A DNA stretch of 64,000 bases, taken from Euglena gracilis. Taxonomy: Eukaryota. The first letter of the stretch is position 1. Each line of letters opens with the position of its first letter. The stretch covers positions 13,868,387 through 13,932,386 of the forward strand of contig CP154954.1 in assembly GCA_039621445.1 (NCBI GenBank), read 5' to 3'. Below are positions 37,801 through 47,574 of the stretch, piece after piece. The position numbers and the translations under genes were made by a program. Under the pieces are notes generated by a model, which was given only the letters and a program-made list of their open reading frames with translations, did not search any database and was not told the DNA's origin.

Positions 37801-40762
37801 GCCTTTTCAGACATTATGCTCACGTGGCAGGCGATGTGATTTATTCTGATGTTGGAGTAAAACACGATTCCTCCCTCCCTGGGCAGCTGGGCAGGAGGGA
37901 AACTGTCTTTCCCAACCACATGCAATCATGCACCATGCACCTTCGCAGGCATTTTTCAAGGAGCGACCACAATGCCTGGCCTCAAGTGCCATGCCAGGCA
38001 GGAGCCTGGAAGTCTACACTCCTGTCCACGGCCAGAGATAACCCCCACACAGTTTCCCTCCCCACCCTCTTGGACTTTGGGTTTCCAGGTCTTTGGGTAT
38101 GGGGCCAGGAAGCAGTTCTCAGGTGCGGCCTGAGATTTGTTCTTCTGGGTCCTGTCTGGACACCACCCCATCATTGGCCCACTGGTCATCCCCCCTGGGG
38201 GGTAAGGTGGTAGGGGGGGGGGTCCCTCTTGAGGCTCAATATGAATTTTTGGAGAGAAAAAATGGCCGTAACTCCGGCCAGGCGGGGAGTTGCGGGGAAA
38301 TCAAAATACTGTTAGATAGGGCATTTTAAGGTTTTCAATTTAGGTCTTTGACATTTCCTTTGATTTCCCACCATTTTTGAGAAATTTCAAAAACTTTACT
38401 CTTTGACCCCCCCCAAAAAAACGGCCGAAATCTTTGGCGACCGAAAACTGGAGGTAGGACGGGGTCCCCCACCCCCCCCCTCCTCCGAGATTCCCATACA
38501 AGCTGTCGTCACCCCTCCCTGCCCACCTTTGCGCAGCAGGGGGGTGCCTCCGGCCTGCCCCCAGGCAGGTGCCGTACCACTGGAGACGGGTGGACCGCAG
38601 TGCACTGCTGCGGTCCGCCGTCCGGTACGAGGAGGCGTACACCGCTGTGGCGGCTGGCGAACAGCCCGCTGTGCTGACTCCCCCGCTACTCACAGCCAGC
38701 TTTCCCAATGCTCAGTGGCAGTGGTGCTTCTGCCGGAAATTTTGGACCTCAGGGTCGGAAGACCAGGGACGCCTCATGTTGTATTTCCCGTTGCGCGTTG
38801 ATATTGGACACGCCGAAACAGGCAAACAAAACAATTAAAAATCATTTGTGTACCTGCCCCTTCTTTCCCCTGGGCAATTCCCTCCCTCTTGCATGAGGCC
38901 ACATCCTTTGTCTTTTTTTTATTATCTTTTTGCAATGGATGAGGGGCAAAAATGCCAGAAGAAAAGAATACACAAATGAAGCATGTTCTGTGTTTCTGTG
39001 TGTTTTGTGGAATCTGCATCCCGTCAATTTTCCTGAATTCGTGGAATTCTTGAAATTGGCCATGGATAAGTTTATATCTAATTTGAGGGGCTCTGTAAAG
39101 GGGGGAGGCAGTTGGATGTGATTCTTCCAGGGTATTTTAAACTCTTTCCTTCAACCAGATCTCCATCTCTCATATCCGACAATAGAGATTTGTCGTATGT
39201 CGGCGGGGAGGCAAAAAAATGTTTTTGTCAGACCCTGCTTGCAGAACTATGGGTAGCTTCGGAAAGACAGAGAATATTACTCCCCCCCCGCAAAAAACTG
39301 ACAGGGTGGGTCCCGAGCATCTCTTTAAGGTTTTGCAGACCCCCCTTCCCAAGGGGGTCTGCAGCAGCCAGCTCCAATTTTGGCCCAGCCCAGGTGCAAC
39401 AGCACCTCCCGGGGGGGGGGGGGTGCTGCTTGCCCTGCTATGTGAAGTGCCGAAATTTTTTTGGCAAAAAGTGTTCAAAATATGGCCCAGAATGGTGTTT
39501 TTGGGGGTGTTTTGGGCGTTTTAGGGGGGTTAGCCAGATGCTCATTTTTTCTCAAAACTGTGTTTCACAGGTCATTTTTGGGCAATTGTCCTATTTCGGC
39601 CCAGCCCGGCCCAGCTCAGGTCCAGCCGGGGTCCAGCCCATACCATTGCTTAACACCTCCCCCCCCCCCCCGGGGGGGGTTGGTGACCGACTGGTTTTTT
39701 TCAGAATGACTGACGGGTTTTCTGGCCAAGAGCCCCCCCGGGGGGTAGGCCCAAAATGAAAAAGTGGCTGACCTGGCGCCAGAAATTTTTTGGAGTTTTT
39801 TGAGACTTTTTGGCAATATTGCTTTGCCAACACGAGTGCATTCAAAAGTGGCTGATCCCCCCGGGGGGGGGGGGTAAAGTGACTGACTGGTTTTTTTTGG
39901 GGGGAAAAGTTACTGACTGGTTCTTTCAGAGTGGAAAGTGACCTCCCCTCACCCCTGGGGGGGGGTCGCTAAGCAATGGTATGGTCCAGCCCCCCAGCCC
40001 AAATTTCTAGCCCTAGCCCAGCAACCCCCCCCCCCCCCCCGGGGTCCTTAAGGAGATGCATGCTCCCGAGCAGCGGCCGGCGATAGTTCAAAATGGGCCG
40101 AGGTTGGCACAGTCCTCTGTACCGGTGTCCAGAATGCAGGGGAAATTGTTTGGGCGGAAATAGCCAATCTGGGAAATGCCCAAGGGCTTCCCCCCACCCC
40201 ATCCTTGGGTGGATAGCCTCCCGCCCCAACTCTCCTTCCCATTTTTCCCGGGGCAGTTTGTAAAAACGATCCTTTGATGCCGAAGGTGTGGGCACCATTG
40301 GGCACCACCACAGCACACCAGAGAAGTGCCATGGTGGGCGGGTCGTATACATATGGGCCCCACCCACTACGGGGAGGGGGACCAGAAGAAATTCTCTGCC
40401 CCCCCCCCCGAAGACAGGTTGTCCAAACCAACCTAGACCTGAACCAGGCAGAAAATATCCCGTTAGATTACGAAAAATCTGGTTCAGGATTTAGGGACCC
40501 AACACCTTATTCCTGGTTTCTGATCTCAAAACCAGGGGGGGGGGCAGACAAAATGGAGGTTCACAAGCGACTGCAGGGAAATACGGTGCAAGCGTAATTA
40601 GCACAGCACGCTGCCGGGGACCACCAACGGGCGCGGCAGCTGCTGGCAGCCAACCCACTGTTGGACCCGTCGGACAAGTCATGGGCCGCTCTGGCTGCCC
40701 AGCTGGTGCGCACGGAGGCTGGCCAGCCATGGGACGGCGTGTTCTACTTCACGGAGAAGTAA
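179..40762 (+). CDS. Membrane-bound class III adenylate cyclase (Cache-like extracellular region, TM, HAMP-like linker, cyclase, C-terminal helical tail); 5'-partial, 22 exons
   Basis: Exons 179-279, 3063-3109, 7891-8051, 8542-8568, 9435-9485, 10154-10268, 10868-10963, 12202-12260, 12526-12586, 13580-13612, 14193-14232, 14579-14692, 17405-17455, 18330-18407, 19267-19365, 32971-33015, 34832-34872, 36556-36649, 37311-37459, 37853-37880, 38563-38658 and 40619-40762 join into one open frame of about 575 aa. Cyclase motifs appear in order: [57 protein letters not shown]. The frame ends [10 protein letters not shown]. Some junctions are uncertain by 1-3 nt. Confidence 0.92.
887..2025. repeat. (TATG)n microsatellite with TACG/CATG variants
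   Basis: Direct reading; a second tract lies at about 2584-2970. Confidence 0.98.
3063..3109 (+). CDS. Exon 2 ([16 protein letters not shown])
   Basis: In frame with exon 3 (ASHG), giving a Cache-like G-x-x-IA-x-S-H segment. Both flanking introns have paired ends. Confidence 0.75.
3400..3830. repeat. Dispersed ccagcac(c/t)ttttt element family
   Basis: Related copy at about 63210-63590, with fragments at about 59440-59535 and 60715-60790. Confidence 0.65.
4237..7190. mobile_element. Two head-to-tail diverged copies of an approximately 1.5-kb non-coding element (Helentron/HINE-like by structure)
   Basis: gagcgaagcttaccc at 4237 and 5772; cccattaagagctcagcac at about 5670 and 7144; collinear interiors. 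An inverted fragment lies at about 38255-38400. Confidence 0.65.
7891..8051 (+). CDS. Exon 3 ([53 protein letters not shown])
   Basis: Strong GC3 bias. The upstream intron pairs CAGCG with CGCTG; the downstream intron pairs CAGGGGA with TCCCCTG. Confidence 0.85.
8542..8568 (+). CDS. Exon 4, 27 nt (QSWTAIPEM)
   Basis: Frame-compatible on both sides. The downstream intron pairs agccagggg-c-tgttctta with taagaaca-cccctggct. Confidence 0.75.
   Translation, partial: SPGRPFLK
9077..9397. mobile_element. Degenerate copy of the caggctgt MITE family inside intron 4
   Basis: Shares cgggtgccgaccccaccc...cctgcctgggcaggcactc...aaaaaacagcc with the 45098 and 47462 copies. No TSD is recognisable. Confidence 0.75.
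9435..9485 (+). CDS. Exon 5 ([18 protein letters not shown])
   Basis: Frame-compatible, with a beta-strand-like GQRYWV. The 3' edge is ambiguous because cagc is repeated at both junctions. Confidence 0.75.
10154..10268 (+). CDS. Exon 6 ([38 protein letters not shown])
   Basis: Coding-like codons; leads directly into the TM exon. Confidence 0.8.
10868..10963 (+). CDS. Exon 7, transmembrane helix and HAMP start ([32 protein letters not shown])
   Basis: About 22 hydrophobic residues followed by an amphipathic L-x-x-L helix. Confidence 0.85.
11003..11209. mobile_element. CAG...CTG MITE inside intron 7
   Basis: TIR caggcttctttt / aaaagaagcctg, flanked by cccac on both sides. Confidence 0.7.
12202..12260 (+). 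CDS. Exon 8, HAMP-like ([19 protein letters not shown])
   Basis: M-x-x-IA-x-L-x-F pattern typical of HAMP helix 1 and connector. Confidence 0.85.
12526..12586 (+). CDS. Exon 9, HAMP helix 2 ([21 protein letters not shown])
   Basis: E-L-x-x-x-x-x-SF-x-x-M-x-x-GL-x-x-F pattern, as seen before class III cyclase domains. Confidence 0.88.
13580..13612 (+). CDS. Exon 10 ([11 protein letters not shown]), cyclase transducer-like element
   Basis: K-F/Y-V-P-x-x-V-V motif found upstream of class III cyclase domains. Confidence 0.88.
14193..14232 (+). CDS. Exon 11 ([13 protein letters not shown])
   Basis: Frame-compatible linker. Both flanking introns fit NNN-CAG...CTG-N5. Confidence 0.75.
14579..14692 (+). 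CDS. Exon 12, cyclase catalytic start ([38 protein letters not shown])
   Basis: First metal-binding Asp in FTDIEGF. Confidence 0.95.
14898..15168. mobile_element. TA-terminated MITE
   Basis: TIR taccc-(C)n-tgtcgtacgac / gtcgtacgaca-(G)n-gggta, with internal cggtcacaggttgcagg repeats. Confidence 0.75.
16560..16870. repeat. Dispersed gtgactgactggttttt element family
   Basis: Related copies at about 39640-39960, 46530-46815 and 54000-54260. Confidence 0.7.
17405..17455 (+). CDS. Exon 13 ([17 protein letters not shown])
   Basis: ATP-specifying Lys and second metal-binding Asp (DKFIGD). Confidence 0.95.
18330..18407 (+). CDS. Exon 14 ([26 protein letters not shown])
   Basis: MA-x-WNAP...H...A..A.L.MQ cyclase segment. 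Confidence 0.93.
19267..19365 (+). CDS. Exon 15 ([33 protein letters not shown])
   Basis: R-x-GIHTG-x-x-x-VGN motif. Confidence 0.95.
20168..23126. repeat. Compound microsatellite complex (GGTA/TATG/CATA/CCTA/GGAT/CAGA)
   Basis: Direct reading; strand polarity switches several times. Confidence 0.97.
24287..26470 (+). pseudogene. Possible heavily decayed non-LTR retrotransposon (APE endonuclease plus RT) inside intron 15
   Basis: Motif-like fragments in the expected order, interrupted by stops and frameshifts: YDCLILQ/EMWW (24287), LTQGDH (about 26206) and IDD (26458). Confidence 0.35.
28993..29375. repeat. Minisatellite of approximately 110-130-bp units built from GGACCT hexamers
   Basis: gggacacggccagggacgggacctggaccta occurs three times. 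Confidence 0.9.
29455..29630. repeat. Tandem approximately 50-60-bp repeat (gatgctgagacaggt core, 4 copies)
   Basis: Direct reading. Confidence 0.85.
30800..31160. repeat. (CATA)n and (GCAT)n microsatellite
   Basis: Direct reading. Confidence 0.97.
31492..32538. mobile_element. Foldback-like element with decamer-repeat termini
   Basis: Left end cgcggttggctgcggtcgg and right end ccgaccgcagccaaccgcg, built from (cggctgcggt)n. The interior switches from ttttggcc-type to ggccaaaa-type degenerate repeats. Confidence 0.75.
32971..33015 (+). CDS. Exon 16 ([15 protein letters not shown])
   Basis: R-x-x-YT-x-x-GD-x-V motif with the substrate-specifying Thr. Follows a 13.6-kb intron. Confidence 0.93.
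33181..33600. mobile_element. hAT-like MITE, 420 bp
   Basis: 19-bp TIR cagggttcgatataaggag / ctccttatatcgaaccctg. Perfect 8-bp TSD atcttggc at 33173-33180 and 33601-33608. Confidence 0.92.
34832..34872 (+). CDS. Exon 17 ([14 protein letters not shown])
   Basis: Transition-state Asn and Arg (N-x-x-x-R). Confidence 0.95.
36556..36649 (+). CDS. Exon 18 ([31 protein letters not shown])
   Basis: I-x-VS-x-x-T and V-x-V-x-GK motifs. The upstream intron has a perfect 11-bp stem, caggctgcccc/ggggcagcctg. Confidence 0.93.
37311..37459 (+). CDS. Exon 19 ([50 protein letters not shown])
   Basis: VYEVL closes the cyclase domain. The 3' edge is uncertain. Confidence 0.8.
37853..37880 (+). CDS. Exon 20, tentative (GVKHDSSLP)
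   Basis: Inferred only from paired flanks (gggcag/ctgccc downstream, cagggat/attctg upstream) and frame continuity. Confidence 0.5.
38563..38658 (+). CDS. Exon 21 ([32 protein letters not shown])
   Basis: Coding-like, with a Y-x-x-A-x-x-x-x-x-x-G helical tail motif. The downstream intron pairs gctgtgctga with ttagcacagc. Confidence 0.85.
40619..40762 (+). CDS. Terminal exon 22 ([47 protein letters not shown])
   Basis: WDGV...EK* C-terminus resembling bacterial-type class IIIb cyclases. TAA at 40760-40762. Confidence 0.92.
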   Translation, partial: DHQRARQLLAANPLLDPSDKSWAALAAQLVRTEAGQPWDGVFYFTEK

Positions 40763-40854
40763 CGGAGCAGGCTTTATCTTGTCCCTGTCTGACAGCTTGA
40801 AGCTGTCACACCCGAGAACCTGCCAGGTGTCGTCTGGGAAATTGTCAGTGTCCC

Positions 40855-41082
40855 TAACCCCCCCCCCCAAATACCCTGGCGGGGTGCCAGGTTATTGGAA
40901 TCAACTTTTGGCCCTGTCCCCCCGCCAGGTTATTTGGGCCACCTTTTCAGCGCCGTAAAGGGATTTTGCCTAAAAAGGACCCCGCCAAGTTACTGGAACT
41001 ATCTTTTTTGCCCCTCCCCCCGCCAAGTTATTCGGCCCCCCGCCAGGAGTTGGGACCCCGCCAGGTTATTTGGGGGGTTTTA
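40855..41082. mobile_element. MITE just downstream of the cyclase stop codon
   Basis: TIR ccccccaaataccctggcggg / cccgccaggttatttgggggg, with internal cccgcca(g/a)gtta repeats. Confidence 0.65.
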
Positions 41083-44000
41083 GTTCCGACCGACTCATCA
41101 GGTAAAAGCAGACCTCTCGTTCGTGTGCATCAAGAAAAAATGATGAACCGTGTATATTTTTTGTATTTGGTGTGCATTGGTCCCTCCTCAACCTTTTCTC
41201 ACAGGAATGAAGCAAGTCCCTTTTTCTCCCATTTTGACCTTTTTGTTTTGCCTTTTTTTATTATTTTATTTTTGATGATTTCGGTCATTCTTGTCCACTG
41301 CTGTGCAGAATTTCAATTTCCCCCATTTCCATAACATTAAACTCTGTATCTGAGCGTCCACAGTGCGCCGATGCAGACTATGTAGCCCATTCGCCAATGT
41401 GCACGGCTATTCCCGCGACGCCGGGATACTCCGGGGAGTCAATAAGTGGCCGCAAAAGAAGCAGCTTGGGCGAAAGCACCCTTCGGTTCCCCCCCCACCC
41501 CGACTTCCCGGGCCATTTTTCTTTCCTACGGCCTGCACGAAGCATCCCCCCGCCCACACCATGCGTGCCTCACATGCGGGCCTCACAATGTCTTTGTGCT
41601 TCGCCCTCGGTGTCCCTTCCTCCCTTTTCCTTTCCTCGAGGGAGTGCGAACTTCCTGAGCACCCTACTTGATGCCGGAAAGGCCGGCCGAGCAATTTTCT
41701 CGTCCAATTTTCAAAAAAAATCCGACAATTTCCAGAGGAGTCCTTTTCAAAAAATAAGCGTTGTTGCGGGAAACTTCTCGCCCAGGTTTTTCCGAACTGC
41801 TGTCCGCGCCCGATTTTGTTCAGCCCAGCTGCTTTGACAGCGGCAAAAAATGATTTTGGGCTTTTTTTGCTCGCCCGAAAGATGGGGGAATGGGCCAGCT
41901 TGCTCTTCCCCCCGTTCTGAGTTGGAAATGAGGCTTTTAATGCGGTTTTGGCTGATCTTGGTCAAAAAAAAATCCCAACAGCCCAAAAATGGGCTTTGGG
42001 CCAAAAAAATCACTGGACAAAGTTTTCCACTCGCCAGCTGCTAGGATTTCCGCTTGACAAATTTGGACTGGGTTCATCGAGCCCCCCAGGGGGCTACTGC
42101 GGACCGTTGAATGAACAATGCATGTGAGTCAAAATCTGACCCATACCAGGGTGGTGCAACAGGCCCCCCTTGGCCATGGGGAGGAGTCGGTCCCAGGAGT
42201 TGGGGGGGGGGGAGGCGATCCCCCACCCACCACGGCACCCGCACAAAGAAATCCCCACGGCGCCCAAAGAAAATTTTGGCTGAAAAATCGGGGCCCCCGG
42301 AAACACAAGAAAGCCGATGGTTGGCACGCAGTCCACCACTCCACTGAAGCATGGAAGCGATCTGAGGCCTGGTTTCAGACCCCGAGGGTGCGACACTGAT
42401 GGCCTTCTCTGACGTTGTCGCCCTTTGGTGCGTGCATTCGCGTGTGTTTGTCTGTGTGTGTCGCGTGTTTCATTTTGGTGCGAAGGGGATTGAGTGCTGC
42501 TGTTGGACGCCTGATTGATATGACTGATAAAATGTGTGGGTTCCCTCATTTTGCAGTTCACGATGTGCTGGTGTATTGGTAAAAGGGCTGCGGGTGAATG
42601 CGACCCACATGGGAGATCTTTCGGTCTCCGTTGTGCACACCGAATAAACCCCGCCTGCGTAAATAACAGCATGTCGTTCTCACGCATGTTTTAGCTGGGT
42701 CTGACGACTCCCGAGATTGCTTGGGGTTTCCCTTTCGCTTCGGCCAACCACATCATGTTCCCAACACCGACTGTGCAAGGTTTCGCTTCTTTGGCAGCAG
42801 CTTTAGGTTGATGTGCCGCTCGGCAGGTCATCCCCCAGCATGTATTTTTCTCAGTGTAATGAATACGTACCGCATTTGTATGTTTTGGTTCCAATAAATT
42901 CAATTTTGCACACCCATCTCCCTTCCAGCATTCTCAGAGCACGAGGGAGGCCAATACCTCTCCTTTAGTGCCCCCACCGCACCCCGCCTCCAAATCACCC
43001 AGGCTGCCTCCTGTTGCTCCCCAACAGTACCTTTTGCCCAATTCAATTTCATCGTCCATCATTGCGAAAATCTCTTGGCTAGACAGATGTTGGTGTGCCA
43101 TCTTTTGGGCATTTATTGTCACGGTGCCCATCACACAATCATTTATTTATGCAGCATACGTTGCCCAATTTTTTTTTAGATGGTTTGAAGTGGGCAGGAA
43201 GCGGAAAACCGCTTCGTCCGACCCCCCAAATTTTTTAGCCTTTTTTTGGAAGAACCCCTTTTTGGGTAGTTTCTGACGATCGTTTGGGTTAGAATAATGG
43301 ATTTCTATAAGAGGCCGAAATGAGCGAAAGGCGGCATAAATTTTTAAGCCAAAGTAGAAATCGGCGGAAAGCACCCGAAATTTTCAGATGAAGCGAAAAA
43401 CACGCTTTGTCACTGCCTAGTTCTACTGCACTCCAAACTGAAGAAAAGCAAAACGATGCGAAATGGGGGTCTCCCGAGACCCGAACTGGTGGTCTCCCGA
43501 GACCCGAACTGGTGGTCTCCCGAGAACCGAAAGAGGAGGGAAGCCAAGATTGCCAAAAATTGCTTCCCTATTGAACGTCAACAAGCGGAAATGAGAAGCT
43601 GGAAGAGGATTGGAGAAGATTGACAGCAAACACCCCCAAATTTTGTAAAATGACCAGGAGGAAGCGGAAACACATTTTCCTAACGATTTAATTTTTATGA
43701 CCATGACTTAAACTCAACGGGAGAGGGAGGGCCATTGGGGACGGTTTCTGGCCTCACCGTGATGGGATTGAAGTACTTTTGTGGGTGTAATAATGAGCTG
43801 AGATGCAGCATCATGGATGAGGCGGGTCCAAGTGGTTCAGAGAGTGCTCCCCCTTCCCCTGAGACGAACATGTGGTGCAGTACCCAGCCTCAGATGCCAA
43901 GGTTTGATCCCAGGAAGCGGAAAGCCGCCTCTTCGCATTGCAGGGTATAGGTTGCAGGGTATAGGCCACATAGGGTATAGGGTACAGGCCACAGGTTGGA

Positions 44001-45097
44001 GAAGTTGCCTCGTCGTCCATAATGAAGCGGAAACCTGCTACCTCGGTGTTTTTTCAACATTACCTGAAACGTCCCGGAATCAATGTGATTCCTGTGGAGG
44101 TTGCAGAGCAGTTCCTGTAGCAGCAGACAGGGACGGAAGTGGCTTGGTGTGTACTGCAGAGGGGTGTGGTGATGGTAGGTTTTGAACAAGATTGTGTTAG
44201 GGGAGCAGCACAGAGGAAATCAAGCATCTGGAAAAAAGATTCAGAGGAGAGTAGTCCACACATCTCGGAGGTGGCGTTGGGCATCACCTGTGGCAATCCA
44301 TCCAGAGGACATCTTTGGTGTTCGCAGGCATATGCCACACCAAAAGGGGTCACGGGGAGAGAAAACCGTTGGATGGGGACCCAGGAGGGGAAGGAAGATG
44401 GTGGTTTCAAGCGAGAGAAGGCAGGTGTTATCCCTTCTGGTACCAGAAACAGAAAACAAGGCCAAGTGAAGGCTGCAATTGGGCCTGGACACTTTGTCGC
44501 AATCAAAAAAAACTGGACCATAAAGCCTTTAAAAGCCCCCTCTCCAAACCTGTGAAATCCATCGAAACCTGCCAAAATATCCAGCTGTGGAAAATTCTGT
44601 TTCAAAACCTGCCCTCAAGTTCCTGCTTCCACGGCCAAAGCGCACGCAGGTGGGCCTTTCCTGTGTGGTTTCGTCCACTTGCTCTTCCCGGGCCGTGTTT
44701 CAAGCCCACCTCCACCTGTTACGTAACAGAAGGTGGACCCTGGAGGGCTGTCTTCGTCCTCCAAGGCCCGCCGATGGCTCTCGGCAGGACATATCCTGGT
44801 GAACTGAACACCTACCATGCTCCCAGGAGGCTCACAATGACACATAGGCAGCTTCATCAGGCACCCACAACCCCGTCCTGCAGTCTCCACCGCCTCAAGA
44901 AAGGAAGGAACAACTTCCTAAAGTGGAAGCACTAACCCGATTCCTCCTCCACAGGTGGGAAGTGTGATTCCACTTCCTCTCTGACGAAAAACTGGTTTCC
45001 TCTTCATCCCAGCTTTTGTGTGAAGTTCTTATCAGCTTCCATTTGCGCCATAATCCCTGGTCAATTTGGTTCTGTCGCACCACTCCCCCCCCTGCAC

Positions 45098-45346
45098 CAG
45101 GCTGTTTTTTAGTCGGGTGCCGACCCCACCCTGGGGGGGGGCCTGCCTGGGCAGGCACTCCAAGGCACTCCCGATCCGACCCCCCCCCCCCGGGGGGGTT
45201 GGGCACACGGCCAAAAGTGCCCCAGCATAGACCCAGCGCCGAAGGCGCTGGGGAGCCAAAAAAATGGCCTATTTTCAGTGCCTGGGCAGGCACCCCAAGG
45301 CACTCCGGACCCCCCCCCCCCAGGGGGTTGGTAAAAAACAGCCTTG
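45098..45346. mobile_element. hAT-like MITE (same family), longer copy
   Basis: Same 5' end as the 47462 copy (caggctgttttttagtcgggtgccgacccc). TSD ccctgcac / ccccgcac (7 of 8 match). Confidence 0.82.
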
Positions 45347-47461
45347 CCCCGCACACACCAGGTATACGGGGCACATTCACATCCCAGGGACAGAACCCAT
45401 TCCAGGATGCTGGATGGACCTGGAAAATGGCTTTGCTGGGTGTGAGGAGATTGGTTCTATTTTTCCTTAATCCTTCAGCCCCTTCAACTAGGCCTGCCCC
45501 ACAGCCCAGCTTTATACCACCCAGCACACACCACCTCCCTTTTTTGAACCAGACAAGTCCACCGACCAGTCGGCATCCCGCCTGGTGGACACGCATTCCT
45601 GTTGGACATCCAGTGTCTGCCTCTTGCAAACTAACTCGAGGCTGGGGGATTTTCTCCCTCAAAAATAGCCTTAAAACACACTGTCCATAACTCACACCAA
45701 AATGGCCCCCTCAAAGTTAAAACCAAAAACCTTGTTTTCAGGCTTTTTTTGCTTCCGTTTCCCTATCAGTTCAGAACACACAGCATTTAAGCCACGCAAA
45801 CACAAGGTCCAACCATTCCCACAACCATCCACGATGTCACCATTTACAATCAGCATCTGGGCACATTTCAAGCACAGTTTGGGCAGCTAACGTCCAGCAA
45901 CTGGATATTTCTCCTTAACTGACACCGGGGCAGACGGCGGTGGACGGGCGCTGACGTCGTGGCCAACGGTAGTGCTTCCACTGGTGTGGGGCAAGAACGT
46001 CCAGTGCCGAATCCCCTCCCCTCATGCCAACAAATCATCTGGCCCAACAATAGGAAGCGGAATCCCATTTCCCTCGTCCAGGGGTCTACATTAGATGATT
46101 GTCACGATTGCTCTCCTTTCCGAGACATTTGCTTTTGTTGGGTAAAGAGGTCAGATGATGTCCTCTGTTGACGAGGTTGATACCAGGCCTGAAGCTGACT
46201 AACTTTTGTGACATGAGGTGGAGGAAGTGGAGAACTGTTTCCCCCAAAAAGTTTCAGAGGAAGCGAAACCCCGCTTCACCGATGCCAAAAATTGGAAAAT
46301 ACTGGCAGGTTTTGCTAATTCCTTCAGTCCAGGGGGAAGTGTTTCTTCGCTTCCCCCCAAAAGAAAGTGGATTGCTTCTACAAAAACGCCGCCAAAAATC
46401 TCCAAAAATTTAAGTCAAGTCTGACACCCAAAATTTTTGCAGGTTTTCTGGTGCCGATTTCGGGGTCAAAATCCAATCCACCCAGTCAAATTTTAGGTGG
46501 CAACTAACGCCGCCTAAGACTTAATCATTGGCCCCCCCCCCCCCCGGGGTGAATGGTTTTTCAGAGTGACTGACTGGTTTTTGCCTGGACCGACACCCTC
46601 CCCCCCCTGAGTGGGTTGTAAAAAAACCACTGAATTGACCCGTCGCCGAAGGCACCGGAAAATTTTTTTGGCCTTCTTTGCACGTTTTTTTTGGTCAAAT
46701 TTCCTTTGGATTCCAGAGTGGCCGACCCCCTCGGGGGGGGGGGGGTAGTGACTGGCTGGTTTTCCAAAAAAAAATTGAGTGACTCGTTTTTGGAAGAGTG
46801 GAAGTGACCCCCCGGGTACAAAAAATTGTATGGCGCCACAGGTCTACAGGGTGGACCACCTTTTTCCCCATCTTGGCGGCTCCTCCCCTGATGAGACAGT
46901 ATCGTCCCTGATTCTCTTTGCGGACAACCTTCAGGGCAAGAAATCCCCCCCCCCCCGGTTCCTTCTTGATTTGGAGGAGCCAGCCAAGCCAGGGTTCAAG
47001 AAAGGCAGGTCGTCTGAACTCCTCGCCACACCAGACCACAGACCACAGGGGGATAAGGATTTGGGTTTCACCGCTTTGCCAGGCTTAGGACGCACCCTCT
47101 CCTCGCCTTCTCTCTCTTCTTTCCTCCCCTCCCATATTCAATACCCTGCTGACTATAGAACAGGGCCTACTGCTACCCAAACAGTTGCTTTCTAGCACTG
47201 CGGCAGGAAATGAGGAAGCCATCGTCGCCGTTTTGTCTCTGGTCCTTTTCCAGTATTTTTTTTAAGCTGGTGGGACGCACATTATTGTTACCGCAATTTT
47301 TTTCTTGCCCACGACCACTGCAGAATATTTTTTTTTGCATTTTGGCTTTTCTTGTTGTGTTCGCCGGTGTCACCACAGAAATTATGCCCTCGGCGGCACC
47401 ACCAGAAAACCTGTTTATTGTTGTGATGTGGCTGACAGTTTCCGTGCTATGGGCCATAAAC

Positions 47462-47574
47462 CAGGCTGTTTTTTAGTCGGGTGCCGACCCCACCCCGGGG
47501 GGGGGGGGTGCCTGCCTGGGCAGGCACTCACAGGCACTCCGGACCCCCCCGGGGTTGGTAAAAAAAACAGCCTG
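47462..47574. mobile_element. hAT-like MITE (caggctgtttttt family), short copy
   Basis: TIR caggctgtttttt / aaaaaacagcctg. TSD ccataaac / ccacaaac (7 of 8 match). Confidence 0.85.

Noticed and set aside
45016-45690. 224-aa ORF with SFHLRH resembling a tyrosine-recombinase motif
   Set aside because: Much of the ORF is read through a GC-rich MITE, and the other catalytic motifs are not evident.
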